The notes beneath the pieces were generated by a model that was not told where the DNA came from, ran no database searches, and worked only from the letters and a program-made list of their open reading frames with translations. A DNA stretch of 64,000 nt from an uncultured Alphaproteobacteria bacterium (GTDB lineage Bacteria; Pseudomonadota; Alphaproteobacteria; HIMB59; GCA-002718135), in assembly GCA_902601455.1 (NCBI GenBank), contig CACKNC010000007.1, positions 3,537-67,536 on the forward strand, read 5' to 3'. Each line of letters starts with the position of its first letter. Positions within the stretch are counted from its first letter, which is position 1. The translations under genes and the position numbers were made by a program. Below, one piece after another: positions 24,280 through 34,324 of the stretch.

Positions 24280-27048
24280 TTATGCACTACAAGTTAGACA
24301 ATCTTCTGGTTCATTATTTTCTGCTACTTGAGATTTGATAAAATCTTCTTTTGCAACTTTTTCTGAAGAAACGGTTACTTTAACTGCATCAACAGCAGAT
24401 CTACTTCTTAAATAATACATTCCAGTTTTAAGACCTTTTTTCCAAGCATACATATGCATTGAATTTACTTTTCCAAATGTTGGAGTGGATAACCATAAAT
24501 TCATTGATTGAGTTTGATCTATAAATGGTGCTCTATCTGCAGCCATATCAATCACTGATTTTTGTGAGGTTTCCCAAACAGTCTTATATGTTTCCTTAAG
24601 ATCATCAGGAAAATTTGAAATATTTTGAACTGATCCATTTTCTAAAATTATCTTATCTCTCATTTCTTTGTTCCATAGTTTTCTTTTTGATAAAGCTTTC
24701 ACTAAATGTCTATTAACTAATAAAAACTCACCAGATAATGTTTGTCTTTTATATATGTTAGAAGTTTGAATTTGGAATGTCTCAGTGTTTCCTAAAATTA
24801 TACCAGTAGATGCTGTTGGCATACATGCTGTAGTTAGTGAATTTCTAACACCATCCTTTTTTATTTTCTCCCTTAAAGTTTCCCAATCCCACATATCAGA
24901 AGGATTTGTATTCCACATATCAAACTGAAATTTACCTTCAGACAAAGGGGATCCTTCAAATGTTGAATAGGGACCTTTCTCTTTAGCAAGTTCATGGGAT
25001 GCTTCTAAAGCACCAAAATATATTGTTTCAAATATGAGTTTATTTATTTCTTTAGCCTCTTCACTATCATAAGCTATTTCAAGTTCGAAAAAAACATCAG
25101 CCAGTCCTTGAATACCAAGCCCTATGGGTCTGTGTTTGCTATTAGAGGTTTTAGTTTTATTTGTTGGATAAAAATTAATATCTATAACTTCATCTAAATT
25201 TTTAGTAGCTAATTTTGCAGTTCTATAAAGTGCTTTATAATCATATTCTTTTTTCTTACTTTTTGATTGTTTTATAAATTTTGGAAGTGCGATGGATGCT
25301 AAGTTACAAACCGATGTTTCAGACTTATCTGAATATTCAACTATTTCAGCACATAAGTTAGAGGATTTAATTACACCAATATTTTTTTGATTAGATTTGT
25401 TGTTAATTGAATCCTTATAAAGCATATAAGGTTGTCCAGTTTCAATTTGAGCCTCTATAATTTTAGACATTAGATCTCTAGCTTTTATTTTTTCTAGATG
25501 AACTATCTCTTTTTCGTACTTTTCATATAGTTTGACAAACTCATCACCATAAGCATCAGATAATCCAGGACATTCATGTTCACTCATTAAAGTCCAATCA
25601 CCATCGTCTTCTACTCTTTTCATAAACAGATCTGGTATCCAAAGTGCATAAAATAAGTCTCTTGCCCTAAATTCTTCTGCACCTGTATTTTTCCTTAACT
25701 CTAGGAATTGCTCAATATCCGCATGCCAAGGTTCAAGATACACAGCAAAAGAACCTTTTCTTTTTCCACCACCTTGATCAACTGACTTTGCTGTTTCATT
25801 AAAGATTTTTAAGAATGGAATAAGTCCGTTTGATTTACCATTTGTAGATTTTATTCTACTACCACTCCCCCTAATGTTGTGTGCATGCATTCCAATTCCA
25901 CCTGCAGTTTTTGAAATGAGAGCACAGTCTTTAATAGTATTAAAAATACCTTCTATTGAGTCATCCTCCATACCAATTAAAAAGCATGATGATAATTGTT
26001 GCATTTTTAGTCCACTATTAAACAATGTGGGCGTTGCATGTGTATAATATCCATTAGAAAGACTGTCATAAGTTTCTTTTACTTTATCAAAATTAAAAGT
26101 GTCTCCAGAAACTGTTAGAGCTACTCGCATCCATAAGTCTTGAGGACGTTCAATAGTCTTATTTTCAAACTTTAAAAGATAAGCTCTGATTAAAGTAGTA
26201 AAAGCAAAATAGTCAAAATTATAATCTCTGTCGTAATCAATTATAGATTCGATATTCTCAGCGCTCGCCATGACTTTGTTGTAATATTCTTCTCTTAGTA
26301 GACCATCATCAAAAAGGTTTTTTGTGGCAATAATAAAACCAGGTGTGTCTTTATGCAGTGAATTTGCTTTTATTCTTGCTGCTAAATAAGAGTAATCTGG
26401 ATGTTCAACGGTAAGAGATGCCGCTGTTTCAGCAAGATAAGTATCAATCTCTGTAGAGGTAATTTCGTTATATAGGCCTGGTACTGCTTTCTGGACTACA
26501 ACAATTGGATCTATGTTTAGTCCTGTTGAAAGGACTGAAACTCTATTTGTTATTTTATCAAGAGATATAGCTTCTTTATCACCATTTCTTTTGGTCACAG
26601 TCATTGAAGATGCTTTTGCACCTACTTGCTCTTTCAGTTTTTTTGTATGGTATCTGGATGCTGCACGTTGCTCTCGATATAAAACATAAGCCCTTGCCAC
26701 CTTGTGATGCTCATCTCTCATTAAAGCTAGTTCAACCTGATCTTGAATATCCTCGATATGAATCATATCACCATCAGCTATTCTTCTCGTTAATGCAGAA
26801 ACAACTTTATGTGTCAGGTTTTCAACGGTTTTATGGATACTATCCTCTTGCTCTTTTTCTTGAGTTTTACTATTTCTAATCTTTGTTTGTGCTAAGAAAG
26901 CCTTTTTTATCGCATCTGATATCTTATCTGCTTTAAATGAACTTATAGATCCCTCTCTTCTCACCACATTGAGACTTAATAAGTTGACACTTTCTTCTTC
27001 CTTTTTTAATGATACCTGTGAGTTGTCTGCCATTTGTAAATTATCCAT
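24280..27048 (-). CDS. nrdA: Class I ribonucleotide reductase alpha subunit (R1) with two N-terminal ATP cones
   Basis: HATPTLFN, LSSCFL, SSNLCAEI, VCNLAS, MPTAST, GMYYLR, C-terminal CLTC; all catalytic residues present. Confidence 0.97.
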   Translation of the reverse strand: MDNLQMADNSQVSLKKEEESVNLLSLNVVRREGSISSFKADKISDAIKKAFLAQTKIRNSKTQEKEQEDSIHKTVENLTHKVVSALTRRIADGDMIHIEDIQDQVELALMRDEHHKVARAYVLYREQRAASRYHTKKLKEQVGAKASSMTVTKRNGDKEAISLDKITNRVSVLSTGLNIDPIVVVQKAVPGLYNEITSTEIDTYLAETAASLTVEHPDYSYLAARIKANSLHKDTPGFIIATKNLFDDGLLREEYYNKVMASAENIESIIDYDRDYNFDYFAFTTLIRAYLLKFENKTIERPQDLWMRVALTVSGDTFNFDKVKETYDSLSNGYYTHATPTLFNSGLKMQQLSSCFLIGMEDDSIEGIFNTIKDCALISKTAGGIGMHAHNIRGSGSRIKSTNGKSNGLIPFLKIFNETAKSVDQGGGKRKGSFAVYLEPWHADIEQFLELRKNTGAEEFRARDLFYALWIPDLFMKRVEDDGDWTLMSEHECPGLSDAYGDEFVKLYEKYEKEIVHLEKIKARDLMSKIIEAQIETGQPYMLYKDSINNKSNQKNIGVIKSSNLCAEIVEYSDKSETSVCNLASIALPKFIKQSKSKKKEYDYKALYRTAKLATKNLDEVIDINFYPTNKTKTSNSKHRPIGLGIQGLADVFFELEIAYDSEEAKEINKLIFETIYFGALEASHELAKEKGPYSTFEGSPLSEGKFQFDMWNTNPSDMWDWETLREKIKKDGVRNSLTTACMPTASTGIILGNTETFQIQTSNIYKRQTLSGEFLLVNRHLVKALSKRKLWNKEMRDKIILENGSVQNISNFPDDLKETYKTVWETSQKSVIDMAADRAPFIDQTQSMNLWLSTPTFGKVNSMHMYAWKKGLKTGMYYLRSRSAVDAVKVTVSSEKVAKEDFIKSQVAENNEPEDCLTCSA

Positions 27049-27073
27049 TATTATAAATTTTTATTGTCGAAAA

Positions 27074-27120
27074 ACACAATATGTAGTGTCGCCGTTTATA
27101 GACAATACAACATTTGGTCA
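27074..27120. promoter_or_regulatory. Tandem NrdR boxes upstream of nrdA
   Basis: ACACAATATGTAGTGT (27074-27089) closely fits the acaCwAtATaTwGtgt consensus; weaker ATACAACATTTGGTCA (27105-27120) lies 31 bp away, typical tandem spacing. Confidence 0.88.
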
Positions 27121-27132
27121 ATATCGCAATAA

Positions 27133-27147
27133 GAACAAAACATGAAC
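27133..27147. promoter_or_regulatory. Alphaproteobacterial LexA (SOS) box
   Basis: GAAC-AAAACAT-GAAC, an exact GAAC-N7-GAAC (GTTC-N7-GTTC on the nrdA strand), just upstream of a candidate -35 TTGCGA (minus strand, 27124-27129). Confidence 0.7.
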
Positions 27148-27323
27148 ATTAATATAATTCATGTTTATGTCAAACTCTATATTTAATTAAATTTTGATTT
27201 ATTCAAACAAGTAATTGAATTTAATAGATTAAGTTATTAACCTAAGTCACACTTTGTTAGATTATTTATAAATGTAAAAAAAAAATAACTTAAATTTGCC
27301 ATAAAATACTTATAAACTAAGCT

Positions 27324-28037
27324 ATGCCCACAATAGCTTTAGTTGATGATGAGAACTCGATTCGTACATCTGTTTCTTTAGCCTTAGAATCTGAGGGATT
27401 TAAGGTTGATGTTTTTCAAAATGGTGTTGAGGCCTTAGAAGCCCTAGAGTCTAAAAGTTATGATTTGGGTTTGTTTGATATAAAAATGCCGAAAATGGAT
27501 GGTAACGAACTTTTAACAAAGGTTCGATCTAGTAAAAATGATGACTTAAAAAAAATGCCAATTATTTTTTTAACTTCAAAAGATCAGGAACAGGATGAAA
27601 TCATTGGCTTACGAATGGGAGCAGCAGATTATATAACAAAACCTTTTTCTCAAAAACTATTGAACGAAAGAATAAGAACAGTTTTGAGAGTTTATCAAAA
27701 CAGAAAATTGCCTATTAATAATGATAATTCAGATTTAAAAAATTTAAAAAAAGGCAATCTAGAACTAGATGATTTAAAACAGCTTTGTTACTGGAAAAAT
27801 CAAATAGTTGAACTGACTGTCGCAGAATTTAACTTGATAAAATCATTAGCTAAATATCCTGGTGTCGTTAAAGATAGAAATCAATTAATGGATACTATGT
27901 ATGGAGACAATATTTACGTAGACGATAGAACAATTGACAGTCACATAAAAAGATTGAGAAAAAAATTTAAATCTTATGATCCAGAGTTTGATCAAATTCG
28001 CACCAGATATGGATCAGGTTATTCATGGCGTGAATAA
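27324..28037 (+). CDS. chvI: OmpR-family response regulator ChvI
   Basis: MPTIALVDD, DIKMPKMDG, GAADYITKPFSQ, YVDDRTIDSHIKRLRKKF. Confidence 0.94.
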   Translation: MPTIALVDDENSIRTSVSLALESEGFKVDVFQNGVEALEALESKSYDLGLFDIKMPKMDGNELLTKVRSSKNDDLKKMPIIFLTSKDQEQDEIIGLRMGAADYITKPFSQKLLNERIRTVLRVYQNRKLPINNDNSDLKNLKKGNLELDDLKQLCYWKNQIVELTVAEFNLIKSLAKYPGVVKDRNQLMDTMYGDNIYVDDRTIDSHIKRLRKKFKSYDPEFDQIRTRYGSGYSWRE

Positions 28038-29697
28038 CTATCGAAAAATAGCTTTATATAATTTACCTTTATCGATACAAATTTTAGCGATAAATTTATT
28101 TATCACCTGTATTGGTTTTATTATTTTAATCTTTTTCAATTTTTTTTTAATTAATAATGATGATACAATTCAAATAAAAAAAATTAATGCAGATCAAGAT
28201 TTGAAAAAAATTCAATCTTTTCTTGAAAAAAATGCAATTATAAGAGTTCCTGTTTTTGATGAAACCTGTGCAGGTCAAAATAATCAATCATGTGAAGATG
28301 AAAATAATCTTCAACTATCTGACCCTATTCTTGAGCCAAAAATTACACAAGAATTTATCCTAAATAATTTTTTAAATACTGAATATGATATTAAGATTTA
28401 TAATGATGAGTGGATAAGACTCGTTGATACTCAAGACTTGTACGAGATATCAATTGTTGAGGAAGTAGATATAAAGGAAGTTCAGGCTGATGATAACAAT
28501 GTAAATTTATATCAATACTTAACTCAAAAATATCTAAGTCTTTTTTCCTCTTACCATAATTTTATAATTAAGAGACAGTTTGAGGAAATTAAAACATTAA
28601 AAAAAGCAGAAATCTCTTATGTTTCACAAAGCATAAAAGATAGGACTGATAAAGAATACATTGTGTTAAATAGTGAAAATGTTCTATATCAATACCTAAC
28701 GTTACCTATCATAAGTAATGGTAAAGTATATGGTGTTGTAATTTTTAGTTATACTGTTCTAAATCAGTATTCAGGCTTGGGTTTAATTTCTCTAAACATA
28801 TTTATTTTTTACATTTTATTTGTTTTAATAATGATTTTTATGTCTCTTATATTTTCACAAAGTTTGGTTACCCCAATTAAAAGGTTATCAAAATTGACTA
28901 TTCTTGAAAGAGAGAGAGTTAATAAAAATGAAATAACATATCCTCAAAGAGAAGATGAAATAGGTACACTTTCTAAAGAAATACAAAATATGTCAATGGG
29001 ATTGAAATTACAAATTGAACAGTTGGAAAAATTTAGCGCCGATGTTTCTCATGAATTAAAAAATCCTTTAACTAGCCTGCAATCTGCTATTGATTTGATC
29101 GATACAAATAATGTTACAGCAGATAAAAAAAAGCTATTAATAAATAATATTAAGAATGATTTAAAGAGAATGAATCAACTGATAACTGATATTTCAAACT
29201 TTACTAGGTTAAAGGCTGAAATTGAATTAGAAAAAAATGAATATATAAAATTAAATAATTTTTTTGATGAAATTCCGAAAATTTTTACAAATAATAATAA
29301 AAGAGTAAAATTAATTTTTAAGAAATATACTGAAAATTTGAAGATATTAGCTAATAAAGATAAGTTGACACAAGTTTTTATAAATTTAATTGATAACAGT
29401 ATTTCACTATCTCCCGAAGGATCTAAAATTTTAGTAGAATTAGATAAATTTGATGAAAAGTTTATTTCTCTTAGGTTTTATGATCAGGGTAAAGGAATTG
29501 ATTTAAAGGATTCAGAAAAAATATTTGAAAGATTTTATAGTGATAGACAAGAAGACATAAAAAATCACACTGGTCTTGGTTTATCTATAGCTAGGGAAAT
29601 AATTGGTCACATGAAAGGTAAGATTTCTTTGGATAAGTCAAATAAAAGTGATTATCCTGGTGCTTGTTTTTTAATAATTTTACCTATAAAACAATGA
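28030..29697 (+). CDS. chvG: Sensor histidine kinase ChvG/ExoS
   Basis: Two TM helices around a periplasmic domain, HAMP (REDEIGTLS), FSADVSHELKNPLTS, IFERFYSDR, GLGLSI; likely GTG start at 28030 overlapping chvI. Confidence 0.88.
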   Translation: MNNYRKIALYNLPLSIQILAINLFITCIGFIILIFFNFFLINNDDTIQIKKINADQDLKKIQSFLEKNAIIRVPVFDETCAGQNNQSCEDENNLQLSDPILEPKITQEFILNNFLNTEYDIKIYNDEWIRLVDTQDLYEISIVEEVDIKEVQADDNNVNLYQYLTQKYLSLFSSYHNFIIKRQFEEIKTLKKAEISYVSQSIKDRTDKEYIVLNSENVLYQYLTLPIISNGKVYGVVIFSYTVLNQYSGLGLISLNIFIFYILFVLIMIFMSLIFSQSLVTPIKRLSKLTILERERVNKNEITYPQREDEIGTLSKEIQNMSMGLKLQIEQLEKFSADVSHELKNPLTSLQSAIDLIDTNNVTADKKKLLINNIKNDLKRMNQLITDISNFTRLKAEIELEKNEYIKLNNFFDEIPKIFTNNNKRVKLIFKKYTENLKILANKDKLTQVFINLIDNSISLSPEGSKILVELDKFDEKFISLRFYDQGKGIDLKDSEKIFERFYSDRQEDIKNHTGLGLSIAREIIGHMKGKISLDKSNKSDYPGACFLIILPIKQ

Positions 29698-29757
29698 TCA
29701 AAACTACATTAACCAAAACTAATTAAAGTAATTTTATAGAAGAAATAGGATTTAAAA

Positions 29758-31047
29758 ATGAGTCAAGATTATAAAGTAAAAGATATGGAGCTAGCTGAAT
29801 GGGGTCTAAAAGAAATTGCTATAGCTGAGACAGAAATGCCTGGATTAATGGCTCTCAGAGAAGAATACGGTGATAGTAAACCTCTTGAAGGCGCAAGAAT
29901 AGTTGGTTGTCTTCATATGACAATTCAAACTGCTGTACTTATTGAAACTTTAGTCCATCTTGGCGCCTCAGTTAGATGGAGTTCCTGCAACATCTTCTCA
30001 ACTCAAGATCAGGCTGCAGCAGCAATAGCCTCAAAAAACATACCAGTATTTGCATGGAAAGGAATGTCGGACGAAGAATTTTGGTGGTGCATAGAACAAA
30101 CACTAACTGGCCCAAATGGTTGGAAACCTAACATGATATTAGATGATGGTGGAGATGCCACTCAAATTATTCACGAAAAGTACCCAGAGCTTTTAGATGA
30201 TATAAGAGGTCTTTCAGAGGAAACTACTACAGGCGTTCTAAGGTTAAAAGAAATGCAAAAAAAAGGGTCGCTCAAGGTGCCTGCAATAAATGTTAATGAC
30301 TCAGTAACTAAATCTAAATTTGATAATTTATACGGATGTAAAGAAAGTCTAGTTGATGGAATTAGAAGAGGTACTGATGTAATGATGGCAGGTAAAGTTG
30401 CTGTTGTTGCTGGTTATGGAGATGTGGGAAAAGGTTCTGCGGCTAGCTTAAGAGGAGCAGGTGCCAGAGTTTGTGTCACTGAAATTGATCCAATTAATGC
30501 TTTGCAAGCAGCAATGGAAGGCTATGAAGTTGTCACAATGGATGATGCAGCTTCTTATGGAGATATTTTTGTAACTGCCACAGGTAATGTGGATGTTATA
30601 ACTCTTGATCATATGAGAAAGATGCATGATAGAGCAATTGTTTGTAATATTGGGCATTTTGATAATGAGATTCAAACTGAGGCTTTAAGAAACTACAAAT
30701 CTCATGAAGTCAAACCTCAGGTAAGAGAAGTGGAGTTTCCTGATGGTAAAAAAATATTACTATTATCCGAAGGTCGTCTTGTTAACTTAGGAAATGCAAC
30801 AGGTCATCCAAGTTTTGTAATGAGTGCTTCTTTTTCAAACCAAGTAATTGCGCAGATTGAACTTTGGGAAAATTATAAAAATTATGAAAATAAAGTTTAT
30901 GTTCTTCCCAAAAATTTAGATGAAAAAGTTGCTGCATTGCATTTGAAAAAGGTGGGAGCAAAACTTACAGAGCTTAGTGAAAAACAAGCTGAATATATTG
31001 GAGTAAGCAAAGTTGGCCCTTTCAAAGATGAAACTTACAGATATTAG
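29758..31047 (+). CDS. ahcY: Adenosylhomocysteinase
   Basis: [58 protein letters not shown]. Confidence 0.98.
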   Translation: MSQDYKVKDMELAEWGLKEIAIAETEMPGLMALREEYGDSKPLEGARIVGCLHMTIQTAVLIETLVHLGASVRWSSCNIFSTQDQAAAAIASKNIPVFAWKGMSDEEFWWCIEQTLTGPNGWKPNMILDDGGDATQIIHEKYPELLDDIRGLSEETTTGVLRLKEMQKKGSLKVPAINVNDSVTKSKFDNLYGCKESLVDGIRRGTDVMMAGKVAVVAGYGDVGKGSAASLRGAGARVCVTEIDPINALQAAMEGYEVVTMDDAASYGDIFVTATGNVDVITLDHMRKMHDRAIVCNIGHFDNEIQTEALRNYKSHEVKPQVREVEFPDGKKILLLSEGRLVNLGNATGHPSFVMSASFSNQVIAQIELWENYKNYENKVYVLPKNLDEKVAALHLKKVGAKLTELSEKQAEYIGVSKVGPFKDETYRY

Positions 31048-31056
31048 GAGGAAAGT

Positions 31057-32223
31057 ATGAGACCTTATTTATTTACAAGTGAGTCAGTATCAGAAGGACA
31101 TCCAGATAAAGTTTGCGATAGAATTTCAGATATGGTCGTTGATACTTATTTATCATCAGGTGATCCACAAACTCGAGTTGCATGTGAGACTCTTACCACG
31201 ACTAACAAAGTAGTTTTAGCAGGAGAAGTAAGAGGGCCGTCAATTTCAAAAGATCAAATTATATCTCAAGTTAGAGATTGTATTAAGGACATTGGGTATG
31301 AACAAGATGGTTTTCATTGGCAAAATTGTGATATTGATAGTTTTCTCCATGAACAATCATCTGATATTGCCATGGGAGTTGACTCAGGTAGTGATAAGGA
31401 AGAGGGTGCAGGTGATCAAGGGATTATGTTTGGATATGCATGCCGTGATACTGAAAGTTTAATGCCCGCTCCAATTCATTACTCACATCAAATTTTATAT
31501 AAAATGGCTCAAGCAAGAAAAAATGGATCAGCCCCTGGTTTAGAGCCAGACTCAAAAAGCCAAGTAACGATGCTTTATGAAAATGGGAAACCTAGTAAAG
31601 TTACCTCTCTAGTAATTTCATCGCAACATAAAGAGGGTTTATCTCCATCTGATGTTAAAGAAATAGTAAAACCTTATGTTTATGAATGTATACCTAATGA
31701 ATTACTTGAAGGATTAAAAGAAGAGGAATTTTATGTTAACCCAACTGGAAATTTTGTAATTGGAGGTCCTGATGGTGACTCGGGTTTAACAGGTAGAAAA
31801 ATCATTGTTGACACTTATGGAGGTGCTGCACCTCATGGAGGAGGAGCGTTCTCTGGTAAAGATCCATCTAAAGTCGATAGATCAGCAGCCTATGCATCTA
31901 GATATTTAGCTAAGAATATTGTTGCGGCTAATCTTGCTGATGAATGTACAATTCAATTATCTTATGCAATTGGTGTTTCAAAACCATTATCTGTTTATGT
32001 AAATACCAATGGAACTAATAAAGTTGATGAACAAAAAATTGAAAAATCTGTTCAGGATTTATTTGATTTAAGTCCAAGAGGAATAAGAGAACATTTAAAA
32101 CTTACCAATGCTATTTATGTTCCAACTTCAGCTTACGGCCATTTTGGAAGAGAGTCAACTGACCAAGGTCATTTTACATGGGAGAAAACTGATTTAGTCG
32201 ACTCTCTAAAAAATTTACTTTAA
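31057..32223 (+). CDS. metK: S-adenosylmethionine synthetase
   Basis: [57 protein letters not shown]. Confidence 0.98.
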   Translation: MRPYLFTSESVSEGHPDKVCDRISDMVVDTYLSSGDPQTRVACETLTTTNKVVLAGEVRGPSISKDQIISQVRDCIKDIGYEQDGFHWQNCDIDSFLHEQSSDIAMGVDSGSDKEEGAGDQGIMFGYACRDTESLMPAPIHYSHQILYKMAQARKNGSAPGLEPDSKSQVTMLYENGKPSKVTSLVISSQHKEGLSPSDVKEIVKPYVYECIPNELLEGLKEEEFYVNPTGNFVIGGPDGDSGLTGRKIIVDTYGGAAPHGGGAFSGKDPSKVDRSAAYASRYLAKNIVAANLADECTIQLSYAIGVSKPLSVYVNTNGTNKVDEQKIEKSVQDLFDLSPRGIREHLKLTNAIYVPTSAYGHFGRESTDQGHFTWEKTDLVDSLKNLL

Positions 32224-32226
32224 AGT

Positions 32227-32685
32227 TTGCAAAAAGAGATTCTTAACTTAAATTTAGAAGGCCTAAAAAAATTTTGTGAAGAAGTATCTCTATATTTAAA
32301 AAAAGGCGATATAATTTGTCTTTCGGGTGATTTAGGATCAGGTAAAACTACATTTTCTAGGTATTTAATAAATTCAATTTACCAAAATCAAAATAAAGAA
32401 CCGCCTAATACTATTAAAAGTCCATCATTTCCAATTTTATTAACCTATGAGTTAAATAATTTTGAAATATATCACTATGATCTTTATCGAGTTTCAAAAA
32501 GCAGTGACTTAATTAATTTAAATATATTCGAAGAGCTAAATAATTCAATTACGTTAGTAGAATGGCCTGGAACTTTACTAGATTCATTACAAAATTATAA
32601 TTATTTTTCTATTCATTTTGATATCCTTGATGAAAATATAAGAAGTTTGAAACACAATTTAATCTTTAGTAAAAATGAAATTTGA
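32227..32685 (+). CDS. tsaE: tRNA threonylcarbamoyladenosine biosynthesis ATPase
   Basis: LSGDLGSGKTT, SPSF, YHYDLYR, LVEWP. Confidence 0.92.
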   Translation: MQKEILNLNLEGLKKFCEEVSLYLKKGDIICLSGDLGSGKTTFSRYLINSIYQNQNKEPPNTIKSPSFPILLTYELNNFEIYHYDLYRVSKSSDLINLNIFEELNNSITLVEWPGTLLDSLQNYNYFSIHFDILDENIRSLKHNLIFSKNEI

Positions 32686-33598
32686 TTTAAGTGAATTATA
32701 TCAAATAGAAAGTGGGGCATCTCAGAAAAAAATTTATAGGTTTAAAAATCACGATAAACAAGGTGTTTTTGTTGATTTTTCGTATAACAATAAAGATTAT
32801 CATTCGTTTTTAGAAGTAAACAAATTCTTATCAACCATAAATATATCTGTTCCAAAAATATTTGACATTGATGATAGTAAAAATTTAATTTTAATGGAAG
32901 ATTTTGGCAATAATAGATATGATAAGATAATAAGCAGCATAAATTTAAAGGAAGTTTTGTTAAATTCAATTAACTCCTTAATTGAAATTCAAAATACTAG
33001 TCAGCAAATAACTAACTATAATTTAAACACATACAACTTTTCTTCATTTAAAATAGAGATAGCTGAATTTGCAGATTTTTACTTACCTTTTAAAAATATT
33101 AGTAAATCAATTACAGATGAATTTTTTTTTATTTGGTATTCTGAGTTTGAAAATTTAAACTTTAATTGGAATTCTTTTGTTCACAAAGATTTTGAGCTTT
33201 CAAATCTCATGTATCTACAAAATAGAAAAGAACATCTAAAGTGTGGTATCCTTGATTATCAAAATGCATTTATCGGTTTCTCTGGTTGGGATATGTTTTC
33301 TTTATTGGAAAATCCACGAATATATTTTGTTGATAAATATAATGATGAATTAATTGAATATTTTTATAATAATACCAGTCAAAATATTTCTTTTGATGAA
33401 TTTTTAACTCAATATTATTTTCTAAATACTGCTAGGCAATCTAGAATTATTGGAAGATGGATAAACTTAGATAAAAAAAATAAAAATTATAATTACTCAA
33501 AGTATCTCAATATAACAACTAAAAGACTTAAAAAAAGTTTACATTACCTTCAAAACCAAAAACTATCTAAACTATACAGTAAAGTAATAACTGAATGA
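32675..33598 (+). CDS. APH-fold sugar kinase, AmgK-like (divergent)
   Basis: GASQKKIYR, LMEDFG, HKDFELSNL, ILDYQNA; tsaE-kinase-nucleotidyltransferase synteny. Confidence 0.75.
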   Translation: MKFDLSELYQIESGASQKKIYRFKNHDKQGVFVDFSYNNKDYHSFLEVNKFLSTINISVPKIFDIDDSKNLILMEDFGNNRYDKIISSINLKEVLLNSINSLIEIQNTSQQITNYNLNTYNFSSFKIEIAEFADFYLPFKNISKSITDEFFFIWYSEFENLNFNWNSFVHKDFELSNLMYLQNRKEHLKCGILDYQNAFIGFSGWDMFSLLENPRIYFVDKYNDELIEYFYNNTSQNISFDEFLTQYYFLNTARQSRIIGRWINLDKKNKNYNYSKYLNITTKRLKKSLHYLQNQKLSKLYSKVITE

Positions 33599-34287
33599 CT
33601 AGTTTTAATTTAATGATATTAGCTGCTGGATATGGAAAGCGAATGAATAACTTAACTCATTCGATTCCAAAACCATTGTTGAAAATAAATAATAAAGAAC
33701 TTCTTAGACACAATATAGATTTTTTTACAAATTTAGGTTGTAAAAAAATAATAATCAATACTCATTATCTTCATGACAAAATTCAACATTGTATAGAGAG
33801 TTACTATTCAGATAGAAATATAATATTAAGTTATGAGCCTACCTTATTAAACACTGGAGGCGGAATCAAGAATGCTTTGTGCTTTTTAGGAAATAATAAT
33901 TTTATTGTTACTAATTCTGATATTTTATGGAAAGATAACAACAGTGCAGATGTTTTAAAATTTATAAATAATTATCAACAGATAGAAACATGTAAGTTAT
34001 TACTAGCTAATGATAATAATTTTGAAGGTTTAAAAAAGTCAGAAGGTGACTTTAAGTATGAAGATAATTTAGTTACAAGGTGGAAAAAAAATGACCCATA
34101 TTTATTTTACACTGGTCTGCAAATAATTAATCCTAATATTTTTAAATTAATAGAAGAGGTTTCTTTTTCTTTAAATAAATTATGGGACTTGCTTATATCT
34201 AAAGACAGCCTTCAAGGAGAAATTTCTCGTTCTAAAATAGCTCATATAGGAGATATAAATGCATTCAATCAATTTAAGGATAACTGA
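33595..34287 (+). CDS. Nucleotidyltransferase, MurU-like
   Basis: MILAAGYGKRM, PKPLL, INTHYL, LNTGGGIKNAL, NSDILW. Confidence 0.8.
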   Translation: MTSFNLMILAAGYGKRMNNLTHSIPKPLLKINNKELLRHNIDFFTNLGCKKIIINTHYLHDKIQHCIESYYSDRNIILSYEPTLLNTGGGIKNALCFLGNNNFIVTNSDILWKDNNSADVLKFINNYQQIETCKLLLANDNNFEGLKKSEGDFKYEDNLVTRWKKNDPYLFYTGLQIINPNIFKLIEEVSFSLNKLWDLLISKDSLQGEISRSKIAHIGDINAFNQFKDN

Positions 34288-34290
34288 GAC

Positions 34291-34318
34291 TTGAATATAT
34301 CATTATAGTGCTTATTTT
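34291..34318 (+). promoter_or_regulatory. Candidate sigma70 promoter for trxA (leaderless)
   Basis: TTGAAT (34291-34296), 16-nt spacer, TATTTT (34313-34318), ATG 6 nt later, no SD. Confidence 0.45.
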
Positions 34319-34324
34319 AAATCT

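Noticed and set aside
24280..27048. Intein or intron explaining the long NrdA (922 aa)
   Set aside because: The extra length is accounted for by the additional N-terminal ATP cone; catalytic motifs are contiguous and no splice-junction motifs were seen
27221..27240. TTAA repeats as CtrA boxes
   Set aside because: Spacing is N4, not TTAA-N7-TTAA, and TTAA is ubiquitous at this AT content
29698..29757. SAM-II/SAM-V/SAH riboswitch before ahcY-metK
   Set aside because: The 60-bp AT-rich spacer shows no recognisable conserved motif or stem
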